Below, piece by piece: positions 30,096-39,271 of a stretch of 64,000 bases of DNA (its first letter is position 1; each line of letters opens with the position of its first letter). The DNA lies in NCBI GenBank assembly GCA_964291295.2, contig OZ219754.1, positions 2,560,001-2,624,000 of the forward strand, given 5' to 3'. This DNA comes from an uncultured Candidatus Binatia bacterium. Lineage in GTDB: Bacteria > Desulfobacterota > Binatia > UBA9968 > JAJDTQ01. The notes under the pieces were generated by a model that was given only the letters and a program-made list of their open reading frames with translations, had not been told where the DNA came from and did no database searches. The position numbers and the translations under genes are program-made.

Positions 30096-31247
30096 TCACC
30101 GCCGGATCTCATGCGGGTCCAGTGCGTCGCGCAGCCCGTCGCCGATGTAGTTGAACGCCATCACGGTGATGAAGATCAGCACGCCGGGAATCAGGATCCA
30201 GGGGTGGAAGCGGATCTGCGCGATATCCATCGCGTGGGACAGCATGTTTCCCCAGGAAGCCTCCGGATCCTGGATGCCGAGACCGATGAGGCTCAGGCCG
30301 GACTCCCCGAGGATGTAGCCCGGGATGGACATGGTGGCGGCGACGATGGCGTACGAGAAGGTATTGGGGAGCACGTGGCGGACGATGATGCGTGAATGGG
30401 GCACGCCCATGGCGCGCGCGCTGGTGACGTAGTCCATCTCGCTGATGGAGAGCACGAGCCCGCGGATGATCCGGGCGAGGCTGGCCCAGCCGATGAAGCT
30501 CAGGATGACGACGATGGCCAGATAGGTCTCGAACGAGGACCAGTTCGCGGGAATCGCCGCCCGCAGGGCCAGCAGCAGATAGAAGCCCGGCATCATCATC
30601 AACATTTCACACAGCCGCTGGATGAGCATGTCCGTGCGTCCGCCGAAATAACCGGAGGCGCCGCCGATGAGCATTCCCAGGGCGAAGGTGATGGCCACGC
30701 CCACCAGCCCCACCGAGAGCGACACGCGGCCGCCGTACAGCAGCCGGGAAAGGATGTCGCGGCCGAAGCTGTCCGAGCCCAGCAGGAACAGCATCGGCCG
30801 TTCCGGGTCGGCTTCGGGAATGTTCTCCACGCCGCGCAGGCCGAACAGGTGCACGCGGGTCTCGATGAGCCCCAGGAAACGATAGCGGTCGCCGGTAACG
30901 AAGAACCCGATGGGATAGGCGGGGCCCGGCGTTTCGCGGTAGACCTTGCGCTGGTTCTCGTCGAACTCGAAGGCGCTGTTGTAGACGTAGGGCCACCGGA
31001 GCCCGTCCGCGTCGGCGAAACGGATCCACGTGATCATGGGCGGATGGTAGGCTTTCTTGCGGGCGCTGGCGGCATAGTGGTGGGGTGCCAGGAAGTCCGC
31101 AAAGATGGCGCTGCCATAGAGGAGTACCAGGATCCAGAATCCGAGCATGGCGAGGCGGTTGCGCCGCAGGCGGGACAGGGCGTGCCGGAGCGGTGCGTGG
31201 GATCCCGGTGCCGGGGGTCTCTTGCGGATGGCCGGGTCGGGCGGCAT
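30096..31247 (-). CDS. Peptide/nickel ABC transporter permease (OppC/DppC-like)
   Basis: LGSDSFGRDILSRLLYGGRVSL, DYVTSARAMG, HVLPN, GDGLRDALDP. Confidence 0.93.
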   Translation of the reverse strand: MPPDPAIRKRPPAPGSHAPLRHALSRLRRNRLAMLGFWILVLLYGSAIFADFLAPHHYAASARKKAYHPPMITWIRFADADGLRWPYVYNSAFEFDENQRKVYRETPGPAYPIGFFVTGDRYRFLGLIETRVHLFGLRGVENIPEADPERPMLFLLGSDSFGRDILSRLLYGGRVSLSVGLVGVAITFALGMLIGGASGYFGGRTDMLIQRLCEMLMMMPGFYLLLALRAAIPANWSSFETYLAIVVILSFIGWASLARIIRGLVLSISEMDYVTSARAMGVPHSRIIVRHVLPNTFSYAIVAATMSIPGYILGESGLSLIGLGIQDPEASWGNMLSHAMDIAQIRFHPWILIPGVLIFITVMAFNYIGDGLRDALDPHEIRR

Positions 31248-31252
31248 GGCGG

Positions 31253-33121
31253 CTACCGGTAGCTGATGCGGGGGTCCACCCACGCCAGCAGGATGTCGGC
31301 GAGCAGGTTGCCGACGATCAGCAGCAGTCCCCCGGCCAGGGAACTGGCCATGACCACGTAGATGTCGTAGGAGCGCACCGCGGTCAGCATCAGTTGGCCG
31401 ATCCCGGGGTAGCCGAAAACGATCTCCACCAGAGCCGAGCCGCCGATAAGGGTGGGCAGCAGGGAGCCGAAGCCCGCCACGAACGGGGTGATGGCGTTCC
31501 TCAGGATATGCTTGTAGTGGATCATGGCATCGGAGAGGCCCTTGGCCCGGGCGGTGACCACGAACGGCATGTGGCTCTTGTCGAGAAACTCGGCTCGCAG
31601 CACGCGCACCAGCGCCGCCATGGAGCCGGTTCCCAGTACCACCACCGGCAGGACCAGGTGGCGAGCCAAGTCCATCATCCGCCCCCACCGGTCCAGTTCA
31701 TGGTAGTTCGCCGACGTGAGCCCGCCGATGGGAAGCCACTCGTGCAACGGATGGGCCGGGTCGAGATCGTAGGTCAGTGTCACGGCGTAGAGCAGCAACA
31801 GCGCGAAGAAGAACGAAGGGATGGCCATGCCCATGTAGGCCAGGAAACCGAACGCCCTGTCGCTCCAGGAGTAGGGATGCGTGGCGGACCAGATGCCGAT
31901 GGGCAGCGACAGCAGCCAGGTGAAGAGGACGGCCAGCACGTTCAACAGCAGGGTGTTCTTCAGAAAAGGCCACATGGTGGTCCACACCGGTTGGCGGTTG
32001 GCGATGGACCTGCCGAAGTCCGGCATGCCGATGTGGAAGCCGCTGCCGGCTTTCACGAGCCGTATCTCGTCCACGAACAGGGATCCGGGGACGTCGCTGC
32101 GGAACGAGAGCGAGTCCATGCGCGTGGTGTCAACGCCGGCGGCGCCGAGTTCGATAAAGTCCACCGAGAGCGACCGGGTGCGGTTGTCGGGCAGCACGAC
32201 GTCGGTGGCCCAGGTGTTCGAGTTCAGGTCCCGGAAGGCCACGGTCACCGTCATGTGCGGCAGTGGTTCCGGCACGATCCTGAAACTCACGCGGTCGCAG
32301 CGGCCCGGATCCTCCAGCCCCGCCGGGAAAGCGTTGCGGAGCAGGGCCAGACGCCGTGTCGGATCCAGGGTGTGACGCGCCGTGGCCAGCACCGTGTTTC
32401 CCGCATGCCAGGCGACCTCCAGCACGGCGGGGCGGCCGCCGCGCTGTCGCGCGAACAGGAACATCCCCTTCAGCCGGTTCCGGTCCGCGTCGAAGCGGGC
32501 ATAGTCGGCGTCCGCCAGCGCGATGGAGACGTTTTCGTCCCGGTCCACGGACCGGCGCTCCAGAAACGCTTTCCCATCCTGGTCCTGGATGCGCAGGAAG
32601 ATGTCGGCGCCGCCAGTCCGGTCGTTGCGGAGTTCCATCTCGATGGCTCGAAAGTCATCGCCGGACCAGTGGTTCCCGGGGCGCCGGCTTGCCGCATTGG
32701 GGTTGTCCGTCTGATGCAGAACACCCATGTCGCCGTCCGCGTTGAAGTTGAATCCGAGCCCGGAGCCACCCGCGCCCGGCAGCGGGACGAGGATGGGCAC
32801 GGCGCTGCCGCCGATCCGGTAGGCGCTGCGGTTGGCGTCCAGATCGGCGTATTCGAAGTCGGCGATGCGAATGCGCTGGCGGGCGAAGCGGATATCGAAC
32901 AACACGCCGCGCAGCCAGCGCAGATACTGGACGCCCCAGCTCTTGTCCGCGCCGAACTCGCGTTTCCACTGGCGCAATTGCCGCTGGTCGAGGTCGGGTT
33001 GAAGCGCCCACTGATCGAAGTAGTCGCCCGGAGCGATCTGGATGATCATGAAGATCACGAAGGTGAGCGCGAACAGCGACGGGATGGTGATCAGCAGCCG
33101 CCGCACGATGTAGGTTGTCAC
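31253..33121 (-). CDS. Peptide ABC transporter permease (OppB/DppB-like) with large extracytoplasmic insertion
   Basis: YIVRRLL N-terminus, VQYLRWL, PDFGRS, TARAKGL, HILRNA, ADILLAWVDPRI; GTG start. Confidence 0.9.
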   Translation of the reverse strand: MTTYIVRRLLITIPSLFALTFVIFMIIQIAPGDYFDQWALQPDLDQRQLRQWKREFGADKSWGVQYLRWLRGVLFDIRFARQRIRIADFEYADLDANRSAYRIGGSAVPILVPLPGAGGSGLGFNFNADGDMGVLHQTDNPNAASRRPGNHWSGDDFRAIEMELRNDRTGGADIFLRIQDQDGKAFLERRSVDRDENVSIALADADYARFDADRNRLKGMFLFARQRGGRPAVLEVAWHAGNTVLATARHTLDPTRRLALLRNAFPAGLEDPGRCDRVSFRIVPEPLPHMTVTVAFRDLNSNTWATDVVLPDNRTRSLSVDFIELGAAGVDTTRMDSLSFRSDVPGSLFVDEIRLVKAGSGFHIGMPDFGRSIANRQPVWTTMWPFLKNTLLLNVLAVLFTWLLSLPIGIWSATHPYSWSDRAFGFLAYMGMAIPSFFFALLLLYAVTLTYDLDPAHPLHEWLPIGGLTSANYHELDRWGRMMDLARHLVLPVVVLGTGSMAALVRVLRAEFLDKSHMPFVVTARAKGLSDAMIHYKHILRNAITPFVAGFGSLLPTLIGGSALVEIVFGYPGIGQLMLTAVRSYDIYVVMASSLAGGLLLIVGNLLADILLAWVDPRISYR

Positions 33122-33170
33122 GTTCGCATCATCCGAGGGTTCCGCATGGCCCACCCGGGCGGAACCCGGG

Positions 33171-34982
33171 TCACTTCACGTACAGCCGCCTCACGTCGAA
33201 CAGCCCGAACAGGGTGGGTGTGACATTGGCGAAACGATTGCGCAGGGCCGTGATGCGCTCCGCCAGCACGGTATGGATGACGGGGAGGTTGTCGGACGCG
33301 ATCTGCTGGAACTCGTGGTACAGGGGCACCCGCCTGGCACGCTCCAGTTCGCGGCTGCCGCGCACGAAGAGTTCGTCGATCCGTCGTTCCCACTCGGTGC
33401 CGGGTTGCTCCTGGTTCGGGAACCACAGGTGGAGCCGTTCGCCGGAGTGCCAGAAGTTGATGCCGTGGTGGGGCTCCACGCCGCCCGTGAAACCGATGAC
33501 GATGGCTTCCCAGTCGTAGGTGCTGGTGAGTTGGGACACCAGGGTGTTGAACTCCAGGAAGCGGAGGTTGACCCGGATGCCGATCCGCGCCAGATCCTGC
33601 TTGATGAGGGTGCACACCCGTTCTCGTACCGTATTCCCGGAGTTGGTCGACAGGTTGAAGGTGAGGCTGTTGCCTGCGGGGTCTTCCCGGACGCCGTCGC
33701 CGTCGATGTCGAACCAGCCCAGATCGTCAAGCATGGCGTTGGCCTTGTCGATGTCGTACGGGTATCGGGTGACGGCCGGGTTGTGAAAGTCGCCGGCGGA
33801 GGGACTGACCGCGGCCCACTGGGGATAGCCGAGGCCGTTCATGACATTGTCGATGATGCTGGCCTTGTCGATGCTGTGGGCCACGGCCTTCCTGAAAGCC
33901 AACGTGCGGAACCATCGCAGCTTGACCGGGTCGACAAACGGAGCATCGTTCCTCGGGTTCTTGCCGGCGTTCATGTTGAAGGCGAGAAAGGTGGTCCCGA
34001 AGTTCGGCCCTCTCTTGTACAAGGTGAACTCCCTGGCCGCCTCCCGCGGTTTCAGGATCGGATAGTGCTCGCCGGCGACATTCAGGATATCGGTTTCGCC
34101 GGCCTGAAATTTCAGCAGCGCGGTGGCCAGGTTGGGCACCACCAGATAGACGATCCGGTCGAGATAGGGCAGACGGTTTCCGGCCGCGTCTCTCTGCCAG
34201 TACCGCGGATTTCTCTTGAGGACGATGCGCTCGCCCGCGTCATGGCGCTCGATGGTGAAGGGGCCGGTGCCGACAATGGCGGCGGCCCGGGTGCCCACAT
34301 CCCAGGTGGAGGTGAAAGTGCCATCATCCACATGTTTTTCCAGGATGTGTTCGGGATAGATGGCGGTGGCCATGCTCCGCAGGAAAGGTGCGAAGGGCGC
34401 CGGCAGGGTGAACTTCACGGCGTGCGCATGGACCCTCTCCACCTTGAGCTGACCCTTTTCCCAGGTTCGGGCGACATCATCGCGATAGCGGATGGTGAGG
34501 CCCGGCCGGGCCGAGGCCGGGATGTCGTCGTTGTAGATGATCTTCAGGAAGGTGAAGACGACGTCGTCGGCGGAGAAGGGCGCGCCGTCGGCCCACAGGA
34601 CGTCCTGGCGCAGGTGGAAGGTCCAGACCAGCCCGTCCTCGGAAACCTCCCAGCGTTCGGCCAGGCCCGGCTCCACGTCCGCCGTGAGCCAGGAGGTCTC
34701 CACAAGCCCTTCGAACACGTATTCGAGGATTTCGGTCGAAGAGGTCTCCGTCGCGATGGCGAGGTTGAATGTCTTCGGGCCGGATGTCGTCGAATGGGTC
34801 AGCGTGCCTCCCGGCCTGCCGGTGGCGTAGCGAAATTCGGCGGCGTTCTTCTTGAGCCGGTCAACCAGTGCAAGGTCGCGGGAATGGGCCGATTCCAGCC
34901 CGGCGGGACTCAGGGCCGCCGCGGTGAGGACGAGCAGGGCTCGGAATAGATGAGATACGTGTTGATACATGGGTTGATACAT
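33171..34982 (-). CDS. ABC transporter substrate-binding protein (family 5)
   Basis: PGLAERWEVS.DG..WTFHLR, FSADDVVFT, VGTGPF, LPYLDRIV. Confidence 0.93.
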   Translation of the reverse strand: MYQPMYQHVSHLFRALLVLTAAALSPAGLESAHSRDLALVDRLKKNAAEFRYATGRPGGTLTHSTTSGPKTFNLAIATETSSTEILEYVFEGLVETSWLTADVEPGLAERWEVSEDGLVWTFHLRQDVLWADGAPFSADDVVFTFLKIIYNDDIPASARPGLTIRYRDDVARTWEKGQLKVERVHAHAVKFTLPAPFAPFLRSMATAIYPEHILEKHVDDGTFTSTWDVGTRAAAIVGTGPFTIERHDAGERIVLKRNPRYWQRDAAGNRLPYLDRIVYLVVPNLATALLKFQAGETDILNVAGEHYPILKPREAAREFTLYKRGPNFGTTFLAFNMNAGKNPRNDAPFVDPVKLRWFRTLAFRKAVAHSIDKASIIDNVMNGLGYPQWAAVSPSAGDFHNPAVTRYPYDIDKANAMLDDLGWFDIDGDGVREDPAGNSLTFNLSTNSGNTVRERVCTLIKQDLARIGIRVNLRFLEFNTLVSQLTSTYDWEAIVIGFTGGVEPHHGINFWHSGERLHLWFPNQEQPGTEWERRIDELFVRGSRELERARRVPLYHEFQQIASDNLPVIHTVLAERITALRNRFANVTPTLFGLFDVRRLYVK

Positions 34983-35202
34983 TGCGTCTCCATGCCTCGG
35001 TTCGCTTTGGGACAGCAGTCGAATCGAAAACATGTACATCCCGGTACGGTGGCTTCGCAACCGGAGGTGCCGGGGGTTGCACGTCCACCCGTCGGCCCCG
35101 GGCTGCTTGACGGGGATGGCCGGTCGGTCTACGCAGGTCGTTGAACCGGCGCGAGGCGGCGCCGGACCGACGTCTCCTCTCCCTGAACCGCATGGAGATC
35201 TC

Positions 35203-35826
35203 ATGGCAACCACGCTCAGCATTGATCCGCACCATCTCAAGGGCCGGCATGTGGCCCGGGCCGTCGAGGTATTGAGGCACGACGGCGTCATCGTCTATCC
35301 CACCGACACCATCTATGGCTTGGGCTGCGATGTTACCAGCAAGGCCGCGGTGGAGCGTATCCGCCGCATCAAGGGGCGCGACGCCCGCAAGCCCATGTCG
35401 TTCGTCTGCGCGGATCTGGTTCAGGCAAGCCGGTACGGCCAGGTCTCGAACTTCGCGCATCGCATCCTGAAGCGGTTCCTTCCCGGCCCCTACACCTTCG
35501 TGCTGGCCGCCACCAGGGAAACGCCGCGGGTGTTGCTGTCGGGCCAGAAGACCGTCGGCATCCGGATCCCGGACCACCCGGTGCCGCTGGCGCTGGTGGA
35601 GCAGCTCGGCAATCCCGTGGTCAGCACCAGCGCCAACGAGAGCGACGAGGATGTGGTCACCAACCCTGCCGATCTGGAGCAGGTGTTCGGACACCGGGTG
35701 GACCTCATCATGGAGTGCGGCATGCTTCCGGTCCTGGCCTCCAGCGTGGTCTCGCTGGTGGACGACACCGTCGCCATCCTGCGTGAAGGGCAGGGGGATC
35801 TGAGCTGGTTCAGGAGTCTCGCCTGA
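35203..35826 (+). CDS. L-threonylcarbamoyladenylate synthase family (Sua5/YciO/YrdC)
   Basis: YPTDTIYGLGC, IKGR..KPMS, LPGPYT, VGIRIP, STSAN. Confidence 0.92.
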   Translation: MATTLSIDPHHLKGRHVARAVEVLRHDGVIVYPTDTIYGLGCDVTSKAAVERIRRIKGRDARKPMSFVCADLVQASRYGQVSNFAHRILKRFLPGPYTFVLAATRETPRVLLSGQKTVGIRIPDHPVPLALVEQLGNPVVSTSANESDEDVVTNPADLEQVFGHRVDLIMECGMLPVLASSVVSLVDDTVAILREGQGDLSWFRSLA

Positions 35827-36002
35827 CGGCGCCACGCCGCTCGGGGGCACCGCCGCGAGGCGGCGCACCGCCCGGTTCTCGTTGACAGGCTCGCCGCGCG
35901 CGTGGCATACGAGTGCCACTGCTCCCGGCGAGCGGAACGCCGTGGCACCGTACAGGCGGTGGGGCGGTGGGAGTGGTCGCGCGAGCCCGCACGAGCCCGC
36001 AC

Positions 36003-36068
36003 TTTCCCGGGTGCGGCGATTTCCCGGGCGTGGCAATTCCGGGACGCGGCGATATTCCGGGCGCGGCC
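36003..36068. repeat. Imperfect 16-17-bp tandem repeat x4 (TTTCCCGGGyGyGGCrA)
   Basis: Units at 36003, 36020, 36037 and 36053, upstream of the TctC-like gene. Confidence 0.75.
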
Positions 36069-36133
36069 GTTCCGATGGAAACAGGTTCGAGTGGGGGGCC
36101 GGGAGGCGATTCGCATGGACAAGGAGGTGCCCG

Positions 36134-37126
36134 ATGTTGCGTAACCTGATCGCCGTGTTTTCTTTGTGGGCCGTCGTGGGGATGGCCTTTCCGGTACCGC
36201 AGGCCCGGGCGGCGGACACGTTCCCGAACAAGACCATCACCTGGTTGATCCCCTATGCGCCGGCGGGCGGGTTCGATCTCCACAGCCGGGCCTTGAGCGT
36301 CGGCATGAAGAAGGCCCTCGGCGTCAACATCATTCTCAGGAACCGGCCGGGCGCCGGAGGAACCATTGCCTGGAACCTCCTCTGGTCCGCCAAGCCCGAC
36401 GGCTACACCATCGGTACCGTCAACATCCCCGGGGCCATCGTCTCCGAAGTGTTCGGCGACCCCACGCCCGCCTACCGGCTGAAAGAGTTTTCCTGGCTCG
36501 GACGGATCTCGGCCGGCCCCTACATATGGGCGACCGGGGCCAAGACTCCGTTTCACACCCTCAAGGACTTCCAGGATGCCAGGGAGATCCTGATCACCGG
36601 CACCGGGGTGGGTTCCACCGGGTGGATCGCGAACCTGCTGACCTCCAAAGTCATGGGATTCAAGGCGAGGTTCATCCTGGGTTATCCGGGCGCTCCGGCG
36701 GCCAACATGGGCATCGTCCGGGGGGAGGGGCACGCCCGCGCCCTGGGACTGGATTCGCCGGGGCAGATGCGTTTCGTGGAGGACGGTGACATGAGGCCCG
36801 TTTGGGTCTACCTGGACAAGCGCGACTCCAGATATCCCGACGTTCCCACCGTGGGCGAGCTGGGATATTCGCAACTCAGCGTGCTCGCCTCGCACCGCGT
36901 GGTCACCGCCCCGCCGGGTGTGCCCAGGGAACGGCTCGCGATCCTGCAGAAGGCGTTCGAGACCGCATTGAAGGATCCGGAGGTGCTTGCCCGGTTCGCG
37001 AAGATGAAAGCCCGATTGTCCCCGGCGGTGGGGCGGGAATGGAACACCCGGCTCAATGGTTTCTATGGTCTGATCGGCCAGTACCAGGGTGTATTCAGGG
37101 AGGCGCTCCAGAAAAAGAAGCCGTAA
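36134..37126 (+). CDS. Tripartite tricarboxylate transporter substrate-binding protein (TctC/Bug)
   Basis: Signal peptide, FPNKTI..IPYAPAGGFD, NRPGAGG, KPDGYTI, PDVPT. Confidence 0.92.
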   Translation: MLRNLIAVFSLWAVVGMAFPVPQARAADTFPNKTITWLIPYAPAGGFDLHSRALSVGMKKALGVNIILRNRPGAGGTIAWNLLWSAKPDGYTIGTVNIPGAIVSEVFGDPTPAYRLKEFSWLGRISAGPYIWATGAKTPFHTLKDFQDAREILITGTGVGSTGWIANLLTSKVMGFKARFILGYPGAPAANMGIVRGEGHARALGLDSPGQMRFVEDGDMRPVWVYLDKRDSRYPDVPTVGELGYSQLSVLASHRVVTAPPGVPRERLAILQKAFETALKDPEVLARFAKMKARLSPAVGREWNTRLNGFYGLIGQYQGVFREALQKKKP

Positions 37127-37269
37127 GGGAGCTTCCCCGATCCCCCCATGGATCCCCGACCGGCCGGAACGTGCCGGTGGCGTGTTCAGGGTCGCGACCC
37201 TGCGGCGTGACCCTGAACCGTTCACCACGTCCGGAAGGACTGGACCAACCGGAGACAACCGGAGGTATC

Positions 37270-37620
37270 ATGCAGGCAGTGAGACTCTACAGCGGTGACG
37301 ACGGCGAATCCCACTTCGAGGATATCGATCTCGAGTTCGAGCCGGATCGTCAGATGGAGAGCGCGTCCCTGGGAGCCGCCAGGAGCGTGCACGTGCGCCG
37401 GGTGCCTCCCGGCGTCCTGCTGGACTGGCATCCGGCACCCCGGCGGCAGTACCTGTTCACGCTGTCCGGCCAGTGGGACATCGAATGCGGCGGCGGAGCA
37501 GTGCGCCGGTTCATGGGCGGCGACATCATGCTCGCGGACGACCTCACCGGCCGCGGTCACCGGAGCCGGGTTGTCGGCGACGAACCCCACGTCTTTGCGG
37601 TGGTGCCGCTGGTGGACTGA
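37270..37620 (+). CDS. Small cupin-fold protein
   Basis: GESHFED, WHPAPRRQY, DDLTGRGH; GGAGG RBS. Confidence 0.82.
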   Translation: MQAVRLYSGDDGESHFEDIDLEFEPDRQMESASLGAARSVHVRRVPPGVLLDWHPAPRRQYLFTLSGQWDIECGGGAVRRFMGGDIMLADDLTGRGHRSRVVGDEPHVFAVVPLVD

Positions 37621-37639
37621 GGGCGGCTCCGGCGGCAGT

Positions 37640-38416
37640 CTACGCGGCGGCGGCCGACGCGCCGCCGTCCACCAACAGCGCCGTGCCGGTGACGAAAGAC
37701 GATTCGTCGCTGGCAAGGAAGAGGATGGCGTTGGCCACCTCCCGGGGCTCGGCCCAGCGTTTCATCAACGTGTGCGGTGTGCCGGTGCGGCGCAGTTCTT
37801 CCTCGCTGGTGCCCCGGGCCTTGGCCCGTTGGATGTGAAAGGGTGTGAGGGTGGGGCCGGGACAGACCGCATTGACCCGGATGCCGTGGCTCGCCTCCTC
37901 GATGGCCAGCGTGCGGCTGAGGCTCACCACCGCAGCCTTGGTGACGTCGTATTGGCCCATCCCCGCCCGTCCGGTGACGCCGAAGACCGAAGAGACATTG
38001 ACGATGCTGCCGCCCCGTGGGCGCAGGAGCGGCACGGCGGCCTTGCAGCAGTGTGCGGTGGCCATGAGATTGACTGCCAGGATGGCTTCCCAGCTTTCGG
38101 TTTCGGCATCGGCCAAGGCGCCGTACACCCGGATCCCGGCGACGTTGACCAGGATGTCGAGGCCACCATGGCGGGCCGCGGCGTCGGCCAGCGCGCGTTT
38201 CGCCTGTGGCTCGTCGCTCAGGTCCGCCGCCATGGGCGTGACCTCCGCCGAGGGGAGCCTCCCGAGGATCTCTCCGGCCGCGGCGTCGGCCGCGACGGCG
38301 TCGCGGTCCACCACCGTCAGCCTGGCGCCTTCCTCCGCGAACAGCAGGGCGGTTGCGGCTCCGATGCCGCCACCGCCGCCGGTGATGAAGGCGACCTTTC
38401 CCTGGAGCCGTCCCAC
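37640..38416 (-). CDS. Short-chain dehydrogenase/reductase
   Basis: TGGGGGIG, NVAG, YDVTK, RVNAVCPG, VDGG. Confidence 0.95.
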   Translation of the reverse strand: MGRLQGKVAFITGGGGGIGAATALLFAEEGARLTVVDRDAVAADAAAGEILGRLPSAEVTPMAADLSDEPQAKRALADAAARHGGLDILVNVAGIRVYGALADAETESWEAILAVNLMATAHCCKAAVPLLRPRGGSIVNVSSVFGVTGRAGMGQYDVTKAAVVSLSRTLAIEEASHGIRVNAVCPGPTLTPFHIQRAKARGTSEEELRRTGTPHTLMKRWAEPREVANAILFLASDESSFVTGTALLVDGGASAAAA

Positions 38417-38425
38417 CTCTCCCCG

Positions 38426-38890
38426 CTACCTTGAATGCCCCAGGGCCGCCCGTGCGGCCACGTCCGCCGCGGGGAATGAAAAGCCTTCCGCCTTCAGCGC
38501 CGCGGCCGCCACTTCCTCGTCTTCCTGGGGCGCGGCGCCGCTCACGCCGATGCCCCCCACCAGGTCATTGCCGGTCCAGATGGGCAGACCGCCCTGGCCA
38601 ATGGCCATGCGCCCGTCGTGCACGATCTGCACGCCGGCGTAGAAGACCGGCTTGGGATTGGCCTTTTCCTCCAGTACCCCGGTGCTCTGTCGGAACGCGG
38701 CCGCGGTGTAGGCCTTGGCCCGGGCAATCTCGGGCGCCACGAACTTGCTCCCGTCCATGCGCCCGGCCCACATGAAGTTGCCGCTGTCGTCCACCACCGT
38801 GACGGTCACGAGATAACCCTTTTCCTCCGCCGCGCGGATGCCCGCATCCACCAGCGCCCGTGCCTGTTTCATTCCAAAGCTCAATGGCAA
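38426..38890 (-). CDS. GlcG/HbpS-family heme-binding protein
   Basis: VTVVDDSG...RMDG, AKAYTA, GGLPI...VGGIGVSG; probable TTG start after GGAGA. Confidence 0.88.
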   Translation of the reverse strand: MPLSFGMKQARALVDAGIRAAEEKGYLVTVTVVDDSGNFMWAGRMDGSKFVAPEIARAKAYTAAAFRQSTGVLEEKANPKPVFYAGVQIVHDGRMAIGQGGLPIWTGNDLVGGIGVSGAAPQEDEEVAAAALKAEGFSFPAADVAARAALGHSR

Positions 38891-38956
38891 TCTCCTCTCT
38901 CGGTTCTCTTCCGGTCGTCGCCGCCATTCTCGCGAGAGCGGCACGGGCAGAGGCCG

Positions 38957-39217
38957 TCAGCGCCGTTGGCCGCTCCTCATCAGCCGCGCCAGCGGACGGC
39001 GCGGAACCGGTATGCGGGCGCCTGCGGCCAGAAGTTCCCGGACCATGCGCTCACGGTTGCGGTCAAGAGCCGCCAAGGCTTCCTCGGGTGAAAGACCCTC
39101 GCCGAAACAGCCCGGCAGTTCCGGATACTCGGCCCGCCGCAGCCACCGGCCATCGATGCCGCGGACCGCCGCCATCCGCAGGACGTAGGGCACGGCCATG
39201 TATTCTTCAAACGTCAT
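38957..39217 (-). CDS. HicB-like small protein (no adjacent HicA)
   Basis: YPELPGCFGEG.SPEEAL...IPVP HicB N-terminal pattern. Confidence 0.65.
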   Translation of the reverse strand: MTFEEYMAVPYVLRMAAVRGIDGRWLRRAEYPELPGCFGEGLSPEEALAALDRNRERMVRELLAAGARIPVPRRPLARLMRSGQRR

Positions 39218-39271
39218 GCCCGTTCGAGGGGGAACCGGGGGAGCCCGGTTCCTGCCAATGAATACGAATGG

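Noticed and set aside
29915-36068. Short repeat arrays as possible CRISPR
   Set aside because: The units are contiguous, 15-17 bp long, have no unique spacers, and no cas genes are present.
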